NCBI GenBank assembly: GCA_020184695.1 | Contig: JAANOX010000279.1 | Coordinates: forward strand, 246,486-310,485 | DNA length: 64,000 nucleotides | From: Histomonas meleagridis 2922-C6/04-290x | Lineage: Eukaryota; Protista; Parabasalia | Direction of reading: 5' to 3' | Part shown: in pieces, positions 44,893-56,800 of the stretch | Position numbering within the stretch: position 1 is the stretch's first letter | Layout of the letters: the number at the start of each line of letters is the position of its first letter | Notes under the pieces: generated by a model | Told to the model about the DNA's origin: nothing | Seen by the model: the letters and a program-made list of their open reading frames with translations, nothing else | Databases searched by the model: none | Made by a program: the position numbers and the translations under genes

Positions 44893-46011
44893 TTAGGTGG
44901 GGTGTACACTATTTTGAGCGTTTGATAATGCTTCATATTTTTGTACTTTTGGAACCAACTTTTTTAAAATTTCATTTAGTTCCTGAATTTGCTCTTTGGT
45001 TGCTCCTTTTTTCATGTTTAATTCACTCAATTTTGTCTTTTGAAGTACTAATTCCGTATTTATACGCTTTAATTCATCTTCGAGAGAGTTCACTGTTTTT
45101 CTTTGGTTTTGGATTTCATCTTTCATATCTTTTAACTGATTTTTTAACTTATTTTGTTGTTCAAAATATAAAAACATTTTCTCTTTCTTTTCATTAAACT
45201 TTTTGTGATATTTATCTAATTGATTTGTTTGTGCTTGGAACTGATTTGGTATTTCGTCATTTTCAATAAGATGCAAAAGATTATAATTGGTTGCATAATT
45301 TTGGAATTCTTGATTACAAAGACAGCATCTTTTATGACCAGACTTGTTTTGGTATGAATCTATACATGATTTACAAGCTGTATGACCACATGGAAAGAGG
45401 ATCATTGGAACGTGGTCAGGTCGTTTCATGATTTCATAGCAGACGGGACACATGTAATCATCAGGAATTGCGGTGAGTTGCTTTGGCTGTGGTTTTGGTG
45501 GTGGATTTGGATTAATATGTGGTGTAGGTGGAGTTTGTAGGCGGGTTGTTGATAAGAAATTTCGAAGAATAAGATTAGCATCAACGAAACCAACAGGAGG
45601 GTGAGAATTGAAGTATTCGATAAGAATAATTAAAAAATCAGAAAGCGATGAGTTTTGTGAATACGAAATAACACCTTGGTTTAAAACACCGTTAGGTTGG
45701 AAATTTTTTTTCTTAAGGGACGTATGTAAAGGAAGTGGAATTCTGACGATTGGTTCACAATTTGGAAATCCAGACGGGAGTGTTAGCACAACAGGAAGTT
45801 CATATTCTTTTTCTTGTGATGTTATAGAAATTGGACCAGATATTTGAATAAGAGGTGGATTTATTGAAGTATCAAGTGAGACGTTCATTTGCCTAAAAGC
45901 TCTTGTCAAATCTAAGATATCGTTTCTGATTCTTTCTGTTTGTGCAATGTCATATGGTGTTCCTGCAAACAAGTCTTGCATTTGGCACTTTTCAAAATGA
46001 ACCGCTTCCAT
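44893..46011 (-). CDS. UEV (TSG101/Vps23-like) + RING + coiled-coil protein
   Basis: N-terminal LIQISGPI..YELPVVLTLPSGFPNCEP (UEV), Pro-rich linker, CPVC..PCGHTACKSC..CCLC RING, C-terminal heptads. Confidence 0.8.
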   Translation of the reverse strand: MEAVHFEKCQMQDLFAGTPYDIAQTERIRNDILDLTRAFRQMNVSLDTSINPPLIQISGPISITSQEKEYELPVVLTLPSGFPNCEPIVRIPLPLHTSLKKKNFQPNGVLNQGVISYSQNSSLSDFLIILIEYFNSHPPVGFVDANLILRNFLSTTRLQTPPTPHINPNPPPKPQPKQLTAIPDDYMCPVCYEIMKRPDHVPMILFPCGHTACKSCIDSYQNKSGHKRCCLCNQEFQNYATNYNLLHLIENDEIPNQFQAQTNQLDKYHKKFNEKKEKMFLYFEQQNKLKNQLKDMKDEIQNQRKTVNSLEDELKRINTELVLQKTKLSELNMKKGATKEQIQELNEILKKLVPKVQKYEALSNAQNSVHPT

Positions 46012-46275
46012 ATATTTTGCCAGAGCGAAAATAATTTCTCAAAATTGAATCTAATATCATGGAGTAAACTATGCAAAAAATCACAAAATATTCAATGCAA
46101 AAAGACATTTTTTATTATAAAACTTCTAAATTTCAATTGTTCAAATGTTAATATCAAAATAGATAAAATATTGATGCAAACAAATGCTCAGTTATTTACA
46201 TTGTATATAGAATTCATTCGGACATAATTTTGTTTGTATTCATTTATTTATTGTATATAATCACAAACAATTTTA

Positions 46276-47610
46276 TTATTTATCAACAATCCCAAGTTCG
46301 CTTTTAGCTTCATCAATTTGCCTCAATCGTTTTTCTCTTTCTCCGAAATTATTGTCATACATCAAAACTTTCGCATCGCGTTTTGCATTTAAAACATCAT
46401 TCATTTTCGACACAATTTCCTTTTCGTTTATCTTCAGTACTTCAAGTTCGTGTCCAATTTCTTTTTGTATCTCTTCGACAATTTTCGCATCTTTGTTTCC
46501 ATTAACAAAAAGAATTGATCGCCCGCTCCTTCCTGCTCTCCCGGTACGTCCAGCTCGATGTACATAGATCGTTGCACTTGGCGGAGGGTTAAAATGGATG
46601 ACTTCATCGACATATGGAATATCGAGTCCACGAGCTGCAACATCAGTTGCTACAAGAATTCGTTGGCTTCCGGACTTGAAGTCGCGAATTGCAGCAAATC
46701 TGTCGTCTTGTTCCATTTGGGAATGGAGCATTGCAGTTTTGAATTTGAATCGTCGTAAAATCAATGTAACTACATTAGTGGTCTCACAATGGTTTGTAAA
46801 TACCAAAACTTGCGAATATTCGTTGTTTTTCATGATCTCTTCAAGTAATATGATTAAATATATTTCGCGAAGATGACCTGGAACATTGGTTATCATGTGT
46901 TGGATTCGTGGTGCTTGATCAATGGTTGCCTTCCAAAAATATGTGTTGCCATCATCACTAAGATTTTGATGTTCATCTGGTTGGAAATTTGTTGATTTTA
47001 TAACATTTGGCGGCTTGGAAAGAATGTTTGAAATGGGGATTTTTTCATTGAATGTCGCACTGTAGAGTAAGGTTTGACGAACTTCAGGTAAATATTTGAC
47101 TATATCTTCGACATCTTTCCAAAAGCCTTCACTAAAAAGTCTGTCAACTTCATCAAGAACAAGAAATCGAAGGTTATCGAAAGTAACTCTTGTTGTAGAT
47201 CTTAGATGTTGAAGAAGACGCCCCGGAGTTGCAACTAAAATATGTGGATTTCTTTCAATGATAGATGCCTGTTGGTTGTATGAAAGACCACCAAGGATTT
47301 GAGCGACATCAATTTTCATTCCATTACCGAATAAATCAAACTGATCTGAAATTTGTTCAGCAAGTTCACGTGTTGGACTTAAAATTAAACAATAAATTCC
47401 ATATGGATCTTTGGACAATTCTGATATTATAGGTAATGCAAAAGCTGCTGTTTTTCCACTACCAGTTGGTGAAATAGCAACAACATTTCTTCCTGCTAAA
47501 ATCTGTGGAATTGTAGCTAATTGAACTGGAGTTGGGTTTGTTAAGCCAATTTGTTTGCACGTTCTTAATATAAAATCAGGAAGTTTTAAGGAAGAAAAAG
47601 AGTTTGTCAT
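46276..47610 (-). CDS. DBP8: DEAD-box RNA helicase DBP8/DDX49
   Basis: PTGSGKTAAFALPI..LSKDPYGIYCLILSPTRELA.QI, LVLDEVDR, SAT, ARGLDIP and YVHRAGRTGRAGR. Confidence 0.9.
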   Translation of the reverse strand: MTNSFSSLKLPDFILRTCKQIGLTNPTPVQLATIPQILAGRNVVAISPTGSGKTAAFALPIISELSKDPYGIYCLILSPTRELAEQISDQFDLFGNGMKIDVAQILGGLSYNQQASIIERNPHILVATPGRLLQHLRSTTRVTFDNLRFLVLDEVDRLFSEGFWKDVEDIVKYLPEVRQTLLYSATFNEKIPISNILSKPPNVIKSTNFQPDEHQNLSDDGNTYFWKATIDQAPRIQHMITNVPGHLREIYLIILLEEIMKNNEYSQVLVFTNHCETTNVVTLILRRFKFKTAMLHSQMEQDDRFAAIRDFKSGSQRILVATDVAARGLDIPYVDEVIHFNPPPSATIYVHRAGRTGRAGRSGRSILFVNGNKDAKIVEEIQKEIGHELEVLKINEKEIVSKMNDVLNAKRDAKVLMYDNNFGEREKRLRQIDEAKSELGIVDK

Positions 47611-47888
47611 GATTTTGTTCGACCACAACAAACCGTTTACACTATTCAAAATTGAGTACTACGATATGATGAACAAAATCACATTTTTTCCAAAAAACTA
47701 TTTTAAAAAGATTTTGGAATTTATAATAGCATTTTAATTTCTTAAATAATAAAAAACTAATCAGCTTTACTTTTAAAATTTTGTTAATTGAACAAAATGT
47801 TGAGAAAAAAAGATTTTACTAAAAAATTACTTTGTGTGCATAAAACGGTTTTGCCATGGTCAAAAAATCTTAAAAATAAAAGAAAAAA

Positions 47889-48521
47889 ATGCAAGCAAAA
47901 CTCGTACTTGTTGGTGATGGAGGTGTTGGTAAAACAACATTTGTAAAGCGCCACCAAACTGGTGAATTTGAAAAGAAATATATTCCAACATTAGGTGTTC
48001 AAGTATCCCAACTTTCATTCCAAACAACACATGGTGTTTTAACATATAATATTTGGGATACAGCAGGTCAAGAACGTTTTGGTGGTCTCCGTGAAGGTTA
48101 CTATCTTGAAGCAAATTGTGCTATCATCATGTTCGATGTAACTTCACCAACAACATATCGTAATGTCCCAACATGGCACCGCGATTTGGTTCGTGTATGT
48201 CCAAATATTCCAATTGTTCTCGTTGGTAACAAGATTGATGTTCGTGATAGGAAAGTTCAAGCCAAGCGTGTTATTTTCCACAAGAAGAACAACATGAGGT
48301 ACTTCGAAATATCAGCTAAAAGTAACTACCACTTTGAACTTCCATTCCTTTCATTAGCTCGTTCATTATCAGGTGATCCTAATCTTCAATTCACTACAGC
48401 AACTGTTTTGATGCCACCAGAAGTTGAAATGGATCCAAATCTTGCTGCACAATATGAAGCTGAACTTCAACAAGCAGAAGCAATCCCACTTCCAGAAGAT
48501 GATAATGATTTCCTTAACTAA
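47889..48521 (+). CDS. RAN: Ran GTPase
   Basis: [39 protein letters not shown], acidic C-terminal tail [10 protein letters not shown]. Confidence 0.98.
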   Translation: MQAKLVLVGDGGVGKTTFVKRHQTGEFEKKYIPTLGVQVSQLSFQTTHGVLTYNIWDTAGQERFGGLREGYYLEANCAIIMFDVTSPTTYRNVPTWHRDLVRVCPNIPIVLVGNKIDVRDRKVQAKRVIFHKKNNMRYFEISAKSNYHFELPFLSLARSLSGDPNLQFTTATVLMPPEVEMDPNLAAQYEAELQQAEAIPLPEDDNDFLN

Positions 48522-48846
48522 AGTTTACATTTTTTTCAATATTTTTTAAATTCCTTAATTGTGATTGAGCTTTAAATTTAAATCAGATCTGAATTAAACA
48601 TTTACACAAAAATTAATTAATTGATGATAAAAAATTCATCTGTTTTTATCATTTCTTTCATAGTTAACATTCTTATAATCATTAATTGAAAGTTAATTTC
48701 TGAAATTAATATATTAATATTTTAATATTCAAAATTCATGTTATTTTCGTGTTTCCCAATTATCTCCTATAGATAAAATACTTGAGATTTGGGAATCAAT
48801 GTGTTTATTGCTGAGTTGTTTTGTTCAGTTCTTTTTTTCGGCGGTT

Positions 48847-49416
48847 ATGACCGTCAAAACAATGATTATACTCGTAATAGGTGATCTCCATATTCCAGAA
48901 AGAAAACTTGTTATCCCAGATGAATTTCGAAAGTTACTAAAACCAGGTAAAGTTCATCGTATTCTTTGTACAGGAAATCTTACATCAAAAGATGAATTAA
49001 ATTGGCTGAAATCAATATGCAAAGATGTAATATATGTCACTGGCGATTATGATAAACAGCTTCCTGATGCAAAAGAATCAGTTACAGTAAAATTAGGTTC
49101 ATTTACAATTGGAATGATTCATGGTCATCAAATCACACCATGGGGTGATCCTGAGAGATTGGGAGAATATGCAAGGAATATGGGCGTTGATATTTTCATT
49201 TCTGGACAAACACACATTCCTTCCATATCAACGTATGAAGGAAGATTATTTTTAAACCCTGGAAGTGTCACAGGAGCTTACTCTAACACAGCGTCAGAAT
49301 CGGTTCCATCCTTTATGGTTCTTGATATCAAGAAAGATCAATTAGATGTTTATCAATATAGCTTGAACGAGTCAAGGGAAGTTGAGGTATACACGTATAA
49401 GCACACAATGATTTAA
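48847..49416 (+). CDS. VPS29: VPS29 retromer/retriever subunit
   Basis: ILVIGDLHIP, ILCTGNL, HGHQITPWGD, FLNPGSVTGAY and PSFMVLDI. Confidence 0.93.
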   Translation: MTVKTMIILVIGDLHIPERKLVIPDEFRKLLKPGKVHRILCTGNLTSKDELNWLKSICKDVIYVTGDYDKQLPDAKESVTVKLGSFTIGMIHGHQITPWGDPERLGEYARNMGVDIFISGQTHIPSISTYEGRLFLNPGSVTGAYSNTASESVPSFMVLDIKKDQLDVYQYSLNESREVEVYTYKHTMI

Positions 49417-49555
49417 TTCATTAAAACACAATAGGTCTAAAAAACAAAACTTTCTATTTTAAGACCGTTTAAAGGCGGTTATTGACGTTTAAAATGATGT
49501 GAGTGAAGATCCTTTACTCTTATTGTTCAGAAAGAGAAATAAGTAAAATTACCAT

Positions 49556-50092
49556 TTACTTAGCAGCGGCTGCCTTTTTTTCTCTCATTCTGCGGCTACG
49601 TGCGCGACGAGCTGCAATTTGTTGTTGAAGGTTCTTTTCACGTTCGTTTTCAACTTTGAGTGTATGGATATGTTCCATTAAAACACGCTTGTTACGGAAT
49701 TCATTACCTTTAGCCTTAAGATATAATTTGCGATAAAGATGTGAATCGATTTCTTTCTTCTGTTTGAAATCTCTGAGTGTGCGGCGGAGAACACGAATAC
49801 GGCGGATCCATTGCCACTTTGAATTAAGGCGTGCATTACGTGTACCACGGCGCTTACCATAGCCTCTATGACGACCAAGACGCTTAGCAAGAACGCGCTT
49901 TGTATGACGAGCACTTGAGTGCATAGCAACTGGACGACGAACAATGATACCATCACCAACAAGTTTTCTGATTTGTTGTCTGGAGTTAGCCATTGCAATG
50001 GTTGAAATTTCTGTTTCATCCATCCAAACGCGGCCAACACCACAGTTAAGGACTGAAGCTGCAAGACGTTTCTGAAGTTTAAGGCTTGACAT
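49556..50092 (-). CDS. RPL19: 60S ribosomal protein L19 (eL19)
   Basis: [40 protein letters not shown] and [20 protein letters not shown]. Confidence 0.98.
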   Translation of the reverse strand: MSSLKLQKRLAASVLNCGVGRVWMDETEISTIAMANSRQQIRKLVGDGIIVRRPVAMHSSARHTKRVLAKRLGRHRGYGKRRGTRNARLNSKWQWIRRIRVLRRTLRDFKQKKEIDSHLYRKLYLKAKGNEFRNKRVLMEHIHTLKVENEREKNLQQQIAARRARSRRMREKKAAAAK

Positions 50093-50135
50093 TGTTCAAA
50101 AAGGAATTTTCTTGGCCCGACAAAACCGTTAAACG
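50093..50135 (-). promoter_or_regulatory. M3 + M5-like core promoter of RPL19
   Basis: Minus strand aacggtt...ttcctttt just upstream of the ATG, the same layout as at RPS15. Confidence 0.6.
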
Positions 50136-50193
50136 AACGTTTATTCCGAACAAAACCGCGTTGGGGTGCCCCCAATAAACCATTCAATTTCAA

Positions 50194-50748
50194 ATGGCCC
50201 CTTTTCTGGAAAAAAAGAGGTTTTCTGACAGAATGGAAAGTTCTAAACTTCTCAGATCTTGGAATTTTTGGTATTTGATCCCTGATCGCTCGACAAACAT
50301 CGACGCTAATTGGGGTGATTTTTTACATTGTCTCGGATCTATTGAAACAATTGAAGATATTTGGTCAACATTGAATGCTGTTGAACCAGCACATAAATTA
50401 CCAAAAGGGTGTAAATACTATGTTTTTAAGAAAGGTGTTAATCCACTTTGGGAAGATAATGCAAACATAAACGGATATGAAATTTCAATAGAACATCAAA
50501 TTTCTGGATCGAAAAAAGCAAACATTGCAGATAGATGGGTTGACGTGGTTCTCTCTTGTATTGGTGAAACAATTGCTAAGTCGAATTTAGTTAATGGTGT
50601 TGAATTTAGTGTCCGTGCCCAAAATTATAAGATTGGAATTTGGACATCACCATGTAGTGAAGAAGATGCCCAAGAAATTACAGCCAACCTTCAAAAATTA
50701 ACAGGCTGGCAAACCCAAGCAAAATTCGTACAAATAAAAGACAAATGA
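50194..50748 (+). CDS. eIF4E-family cap-binding protein
   Basis: WNFWY, IEDIWS, YYVFKKGVNPLWED..N.NG, W.D.VLSCIGE, VNGV.FSVR and IGIWT. Confidence 0.88.
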   Translation: MAPFLEKKRFSDRMESSKLLRSWNFWYLIPDRSTNIDANWGDFLHCLGSIETIEDIWSTLNAVEPAHKLPKGCKYYVFKKGVNPLWEDNANINGYEISIEHQISGSKKANIADRWVDVVLSCIGETIAKSNLVNGVEFSVRAQNYKIGIWTSPCSEEDAQEITANLQKLTGWQTQAKFVQIKDK

Positions 50749-50844
50749 ACTAATTTTAACGGTTTTTACTTCACAAACTATGTATGCGCTCATCGAAGGA
50801 AGTTGCTTAATTTAAAATCAGTTTTCGATTTTTGTGGAGTGTAA

Positions 50845-51092
50845 ATAGGCTTCATTAAAACTTTTGATATAGAAATAGTTAAATTACTACTTAAACATGA
50901 AGGAATTGATGTTGATGCTATTAATTTTTTTCATCAGTGATAAAATGCTTTTAATATTTAAAAAAATTTCATAAACAACAAATGGGAATTTTCATAACAT
51001 TAAAAGCAGCACATATGATAACAACATTTGAAAAATCAGCTAAGTTAATATCTGATCAAATTCACTCACAAAAATGCTTTGACATTCAAGAG
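50845..51092 (+). pseudogene. Orphan degenerate ankyrin repeat with decayed ~80-nt spacer
   Basis: DIEIVKLLLKHEGIDVDAIN, then an AT-rich 80-nt spacer with recognisable atttcataaac and ggg units, then a decayed second repeat. Confidence 0.55.
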
Positions 51093-51131
51093 ATAACCTA
51101 AAAACTCATAAATTTAACTTTGTTTCTTTAT

Positions 51132-52313
51132 TTAAACGATGCAATGGCTCAAGATTTCTCTTGTTGCCTTTTCGTCAATAGATCCTCTGAATCCGAATGG
51201 CTTATTGCCCATTGATTCCATAACCATCTTAGTCACCTTATCTAAGTCGCCATCTTTGATCTTAGCTCCTTCCCAATCGGATACCTTTGTTGCTTGTCCA
51301 ATTGCTTTGATGAATTTCCTCATTTCTGCAATGAAGCCACGTGCCTTTTCTTCTTCGGTTCCAGTGCATCCGAACACGAATTCACCGGTCTTTGCAAGGA
51401 GTGTCTTGCGTGGTTCGAATTGGTTCTCAAGTAAAAATGGTGTGACAATGGCTAATGTTGCGCCATGATCAATTCCATATTCAGCTGTAAGTTGATGACC
51501 AATCATATGAATGCCCCAGCATGTTTCTTTGCCAAGAACAAGAACATAGTTAAGTGCAAATGAGGCAGCAATGATTAATCTTTCATGGAGTTCAATTGAT
51601 GATCCTTCTTTAACAACTTCAGGACCAATGTCAACAAGTTCTTTAAGAACAGACATAAGGAAGTGGTCCATTAATGGGTTTTCTACTGGTGTGATAAGTT
51701 GATCAATAATATGACATACGGCATCATAAACACCATTGCGAAGTTGACGTGGTGGTAATGTCATTGTGTATTGTGGGTCAAGAAGTGAGAACTTTGGATA
51801 AACAAGAGAAACAAGACGACCATTCTTGGCATTGATTGAATGGCGGCTTACAACAAAACCACAGTTCCATTCACTACCAGTGGCTGGAATGGTCATAACA
51901 GATGCAATTGGATAGGCTTCTGGAGGAGTGAGCTTTCCTGTTGTGATTTCCCATGGATCTTCATTATCAGCAAGCTTGGAAGCAAGTGCAATGAATTTAG
52001 TGCCATCAAGAACTGAACCACCACCAACAGCAAGAAGAAGATCTGGCTTGAATTCTTTGACAACTTTGACAATTTCAATGAGTCTATCATATTCTGGATT
52101 TGGTGGAATTCCGCCTTCCCAACGAACTTCGCATTTAAGGGCATCAAGAGCTTCGGTAACATCCTTCCTGGCACCATTATGATCTATTGAACCGCCACCA
52201 AATGTGCAAAGAACTTTGCTGTTTGGCTTAACAAATTTTGGCATATATTCCTTGACACATCCTGTGCCAAAAGCAACTTGTGTTGTGTTGTTCCATAACC
52301 AATGTTGAGACAT
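51132..52313 (-). CDS. Iron-containing alcohol dehydrogenase (YqhD/BdhA-like, NADPH type)
   Basis: TFGGGSID.NG, AVGGGSVLDGTK, TIPATGSEWN, FSLLDP and GIHMIGHQLTAEYGIDHGATL. Confidence 0.92.
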   Translation of the reverse strand: MSQHWLWNNTTQVAFGTGCVKEYMPKFVKPNSKVLCTFGGGSIDHNGARKDVTEALDALKCEVRWEGGIPPNPEYDRLIEIVKVVKEFKPDLLLAVGGGSVLDGTKFIALASKLADNEDPWEITTGKLTPPEAYPIASVMTIPATGSEWNCGFVVSRHSINAKNGRLVSLVYPKFSLLDPQYTMTLPPRQLRNGVYDAVCHIIDQLITPVENPLMDHFLMSVLKELVDIGPEVVKEGSSIELHERLIIAASFALNYVLVLGKETCWGIHMIGHQLTAEYGIDHGATLAIVTPFLLENQFEPRKTLLAKTGEFVFGCTGTEEEKARGFIAEMRKFIKAIGQATKVSDWEGAKIKDGDLDKVTKMVMESMGNKPFGFRGSIDEKATREILSHCIV

Positions 52314-53818
52314 TGCAAAGAGAAAGTGAACCAAAAATCGTAAGCGGTTTTACTCACAAATTCATCTCTGAAAATTTATCGCATATTAAAAAATTCAATA
52401 GTAAAACCACCCGATTTGTGAGCTTTGAAAGGGTTTACACTCGATTTCTTCTTATAAATTCAAATCTATTTATTATAAAAACTAATAAGATTATGAAAAT
52501 TACTTCTTGATAGGTGTTTGAGAAAAGTTTGTTCGAAAAAAAATTATTTCAAAAGATATCTTTATTATTATTGAAAAAAATATATTTTTTCTAAGAACCA
52601 GGAAGAGATGTCTGAAATGACTTTTTAATATGTAAAGTATTCAATGTTATCATCCACAAATTTCGTTTTTCCACTTATGAAAGGTGGATCAATACATTAT
52701 TAATGGAATTTTCATCTAACTCAACATGAGAGCAATTGAATATTGTTGCAAATTACCATAAAGTTAACCAGAAAAATATTTTAAATATAGAAATAAATTT
52801 AATCTATTTTCTAAAATCTATTATTTAATCTCCTTATTAATTGAAAAAGAGTTAACTAATATTGTTGAAGAATTTGTGTTTAAATTTTTTCGATTTGCAT
52901 AAACAGTAGTTTTCTTGTTTGATAATGTTATAATAGTAATCGAACTTATTACGAGTTTATGTTTTTTTCCTAAAAATAAATTTTAACAGAAATTGAAAGG
53001 ATGATGGCAAAATTCTTCATGGAGGGTTCAAATAAGCTCACCTCATTTCATGAACTCCTACAACTTCAACAAATAGTGTTTCATTTAAACAAAGAAAACC
53101 TTAATTATTCTGTTCAACAAACAATAATTCTGCTTGATACATATTTTATTTATTCATGCAATTATATTATCTGTTCTTTTGTTAGACATGCTTTTTCTTC
53201 TATGAGAGAGGAATTTGAAACATATTTTATTTATTTACAAGGCATACAAACAAAAGAAAGAGTTTACGAACTTAAAGATTATTGAAATGTTCGCAATTTT
53301 AACTTTGAGTTGTGATCTATCGTTCTATAGTTTTGTTATTATCATAATAAACAAGTTACTGCAGTTCATATTTTGAAGAATTACTCACAAGATGTGTATA
53401 TTAAAGAACAAAACAGTGTTTTGGAAAAATAATTCTTTATAAAATTTTAATATAGAATGTTTAGGCCAATCGTTCTTTGCTACAGACAAACCATGTCGTT
53501 TTGCTGTGATTAAATTTGATATATAAAAAAAAAGGAGCAAAACGCCAGATTCTGATAAAAAAAATATAATATTAAAATATGAGAAACTATTCTAAGAATA
53601 GTGCAAACAAAACCATCGAAAATTATCGATTTTTAGAAGGTTAAATATATAAATAGATAAAAACGAAAATCTGAATTCATTACGAGTTGGAATTTTCAAA
53701 TTATGTTATAAAATAACGGTTGTCTGAACTCAGAGACGATTAAAACACACACAAAATAAAAAAAAGATGATCGGGGCACACCATTTCATAAAAAAAAGGC
53801 TCATCTTTTTCATTACTA

Positions 53819-56800
53819 TATGTGCGAGAATGAAACAAAATTCAATGCATCACAGACAGAAAATCATTTGGAAAATAAAGTGGAATGTTCTAAAGCTGAA
53901 ACCATCTTTATGCAAATTTTAAATGAACTTGAAAAATAATTTTTAACTTAAATGAAGAAAATTTCAATATATCAATTCATCAAGCAATGAACATATTTGA
54001 TCCTAATTTTGTATATTCATTTAATATTGTTGTTTGTATATTAGTATATACAGCATTTTCTTCTCTAAGGAATGATTATGATTTATATTTTAAATATTTA
54101 AAATCAATTCAATCGAAAGAAGAAGAATTAAAGAAAAACAATATTAAAATATTTGATATCTTTGGTAAATATATCTCTAAAATAGAAACACAAGAAGCAT
54201 ATTTTCTTATAGAAAGAATGATTATGGAAAATTTAATTAATGAAAATATTACATCAAATATTCAATCTAAATATTTTGCTCATTATAAGACAGAATTAGA
54301 AAATAAAAATTTTAATCAAAATGATCCATTCTCTAGAAAATTTTATGATAGTTATTCCAAACTTTCAAATAATGATTTCGAACTTCATAAACAATTAGTA
54401 AAAGAAGGAGTTAATCCTAATGAAATTGCAAAAATAATTCGAAACGATGATGTTGAAAAACTTCAAGAAATATCATCGCAAGAAGATTTTGATTTTAATC
54501 AAACAATTGAACCATCACTTTATGAAAGATACTCGTTTATTAATCAAGAAAATGTTTCATTAATTGGTTTTGCAGCATTTTTTTCTGCTATAAAATGTTT
54601 TAAATTTTTACTTATGAATGGCGCTAATGTAAATGATATTGGTAAATATGTTATTGCAGGTGGAAACTTAGAGATTATTCATTTATGTGAACAAAATCAC
54701 ACATCATTTGACGATTTATTTGAGGTCGCAATTAAATTTCATCGAAATGATATTTTTTTAAATATTTTTTTATGAAGATTCTCAAGATGAACATCAATCA
54801 CAATTAATGAATTACACGAATTTTTTTCAAATAAATTTGGAGAAAAAAATTTTAATAAAATAAATGACATTTGTGTTAAAAGTGGAAATTATGAAATTTT
54901 TTCATTTATAGAAAAAATTTTTATCTTGCTAAACATTTGATTGAAAATAATCGAATTCCAAAAGATATTTTGGTGTTTTCTTCTTGTTCTGATAATGTCG
55001 AACTAGTAAAATATATTCTTGAACAAAAAGATATAAATATCAATGAAAAAGATATTTTTTTTATTACTTTTAAAATATGTTTTATGAATTTGATGATTTA
55101 AAATTATATTTGGAATATAATCTAAATATTTAATACAGCACTTATTAGAGCTTCTGAAAATGGAAATAATGAAATCGTGAAATTACTTCTTAAACAAGAG
55201 AAAATTGATCTAAATATTAAAAACATTAATTTGTTTTGTTTAAAATTTTTTTCGATGATTTTGGATTTTTAAATAATATTTGGAAATTATTTCTAAAATT
55301 TGATATAGCACTAATAACAGCTTCTAAAAACAATCATATTGAAGTCATCAAATTACTTGTTGAACATGGAGGATTTAATATTAATACTATAAATATTCAA
55401 TTATTTTGTTTTATTTTTATTTTGATAATTAGATGTTTTAAAATAATATTTGGAAATTGTTCGAATAATTTAAAACAGCAATTATGTATGCATCTGAATA
55501 TGGTTATATAGACATTGTCAAATTACTTATTGAAAACAAAAAGGAATTGATAATAATAGTAAAAGCGTTTATTTCTTAGTATCAATATTTAATACAATAA
55601 TTTAATATTTTTAAAACGCTTATGGAAAATATTCATAGCACTTAACACAAATCTTATATTTGCATTGGAAAATGATCACAAAGAAACCGTAAAATTCCTT
55701 CTTGCACAAAAAGATGTAGATATCAATGTTAAAGGTATTTATTTATTAAGAACAAAGTTGATTTTAATATGTTGGAACTTCAAAATAGTATTTGGAAATT
55801 GTTAAAAAAACATTTCAATCTGCACTTATTATGGCATCTTTGAAAGGATATCTCGATATAGTCAAAATTCTTCTTAAAAAAGGAGTTACAAATGTTAATG
55901 AACATGATTTTTATTTGTAATATTATTTATTTATTTCATTTATTTGAAATTTCAAAATAATATTTGGAAATTAAAAAAATTATTTAAAACAGCACTTATA
56001 TGGGTAACTGTAAAAGGTTATACAGAAATAGTTAAATTACTTCTTGAACAAGAAGGAATTGATGTTAATTCTAAAGATATTTATTTTAATAATTTTATAG
56101 TATTTCAAAATAATATTTGGAAATTAAAATAATTATTTAAAACAGCACTTATGTATACAACTTATAATGGTCATATAGAAATATTTAAATTACTTCTTGA
56201 ACAAGAAGGAATTGATATTAATGTTAAAGGTATTTATTTGTTTTATTTGATATTTATTTTTGTTATTTTATATTTCAAAATAATATTTGGAAATTATTTA
56301 AATTATTTAGAACAGCACTTATATATGCATCTTGGAATGGTAATATAGAAATATTTAAATTACTTCTTGAACAAGAAGGAATTGATATTAATGCTCAAGA
56401 CATTTATTTGTTTTATTTAATATTTATTTTAATAATTTGGGATTTCATTATAATATTCGGTAATTATTTAAATTATTTAGAACAGCACTTATGTTTGCAG
56501 CAGAAGAAGGTCATACAGAAATAGTCAAATTACTACTTGAAAAAAAGGAAGTTGACATCTATGCGAGCACTATTAATTTTGATAATTTAATATTCGTAAA
56601 AAATATTTTCAAAATATGTTTAATAAAATATTTTACAGCACTTACTTATGCAGCCCAAAAAGGTAAGATTGAAGTAGTTAAATTGCTTCTTGAAAAAAAT
56701 AGAAAAGATTACAATGATAAATTTATTCTTTTCATTAATTTTATATTTCAAAACATTAAATGAAAATTATTTAAAATTAATGATAAGGCACTTTTTTTTG

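Noticed and set aside
49678-50193. 171-aa minus-strand ORF overlapping RPL19, and similar shadow or antisense ORFs over ADH, DBP8, Ran and HSP70
   Set aside because: Alternative frames of well-supported genes.
53001-53285. 94-aa ORF
   Set aside because: No recognisable motif, composition close to intergenic DNA, surrounded by degenerate fragments.
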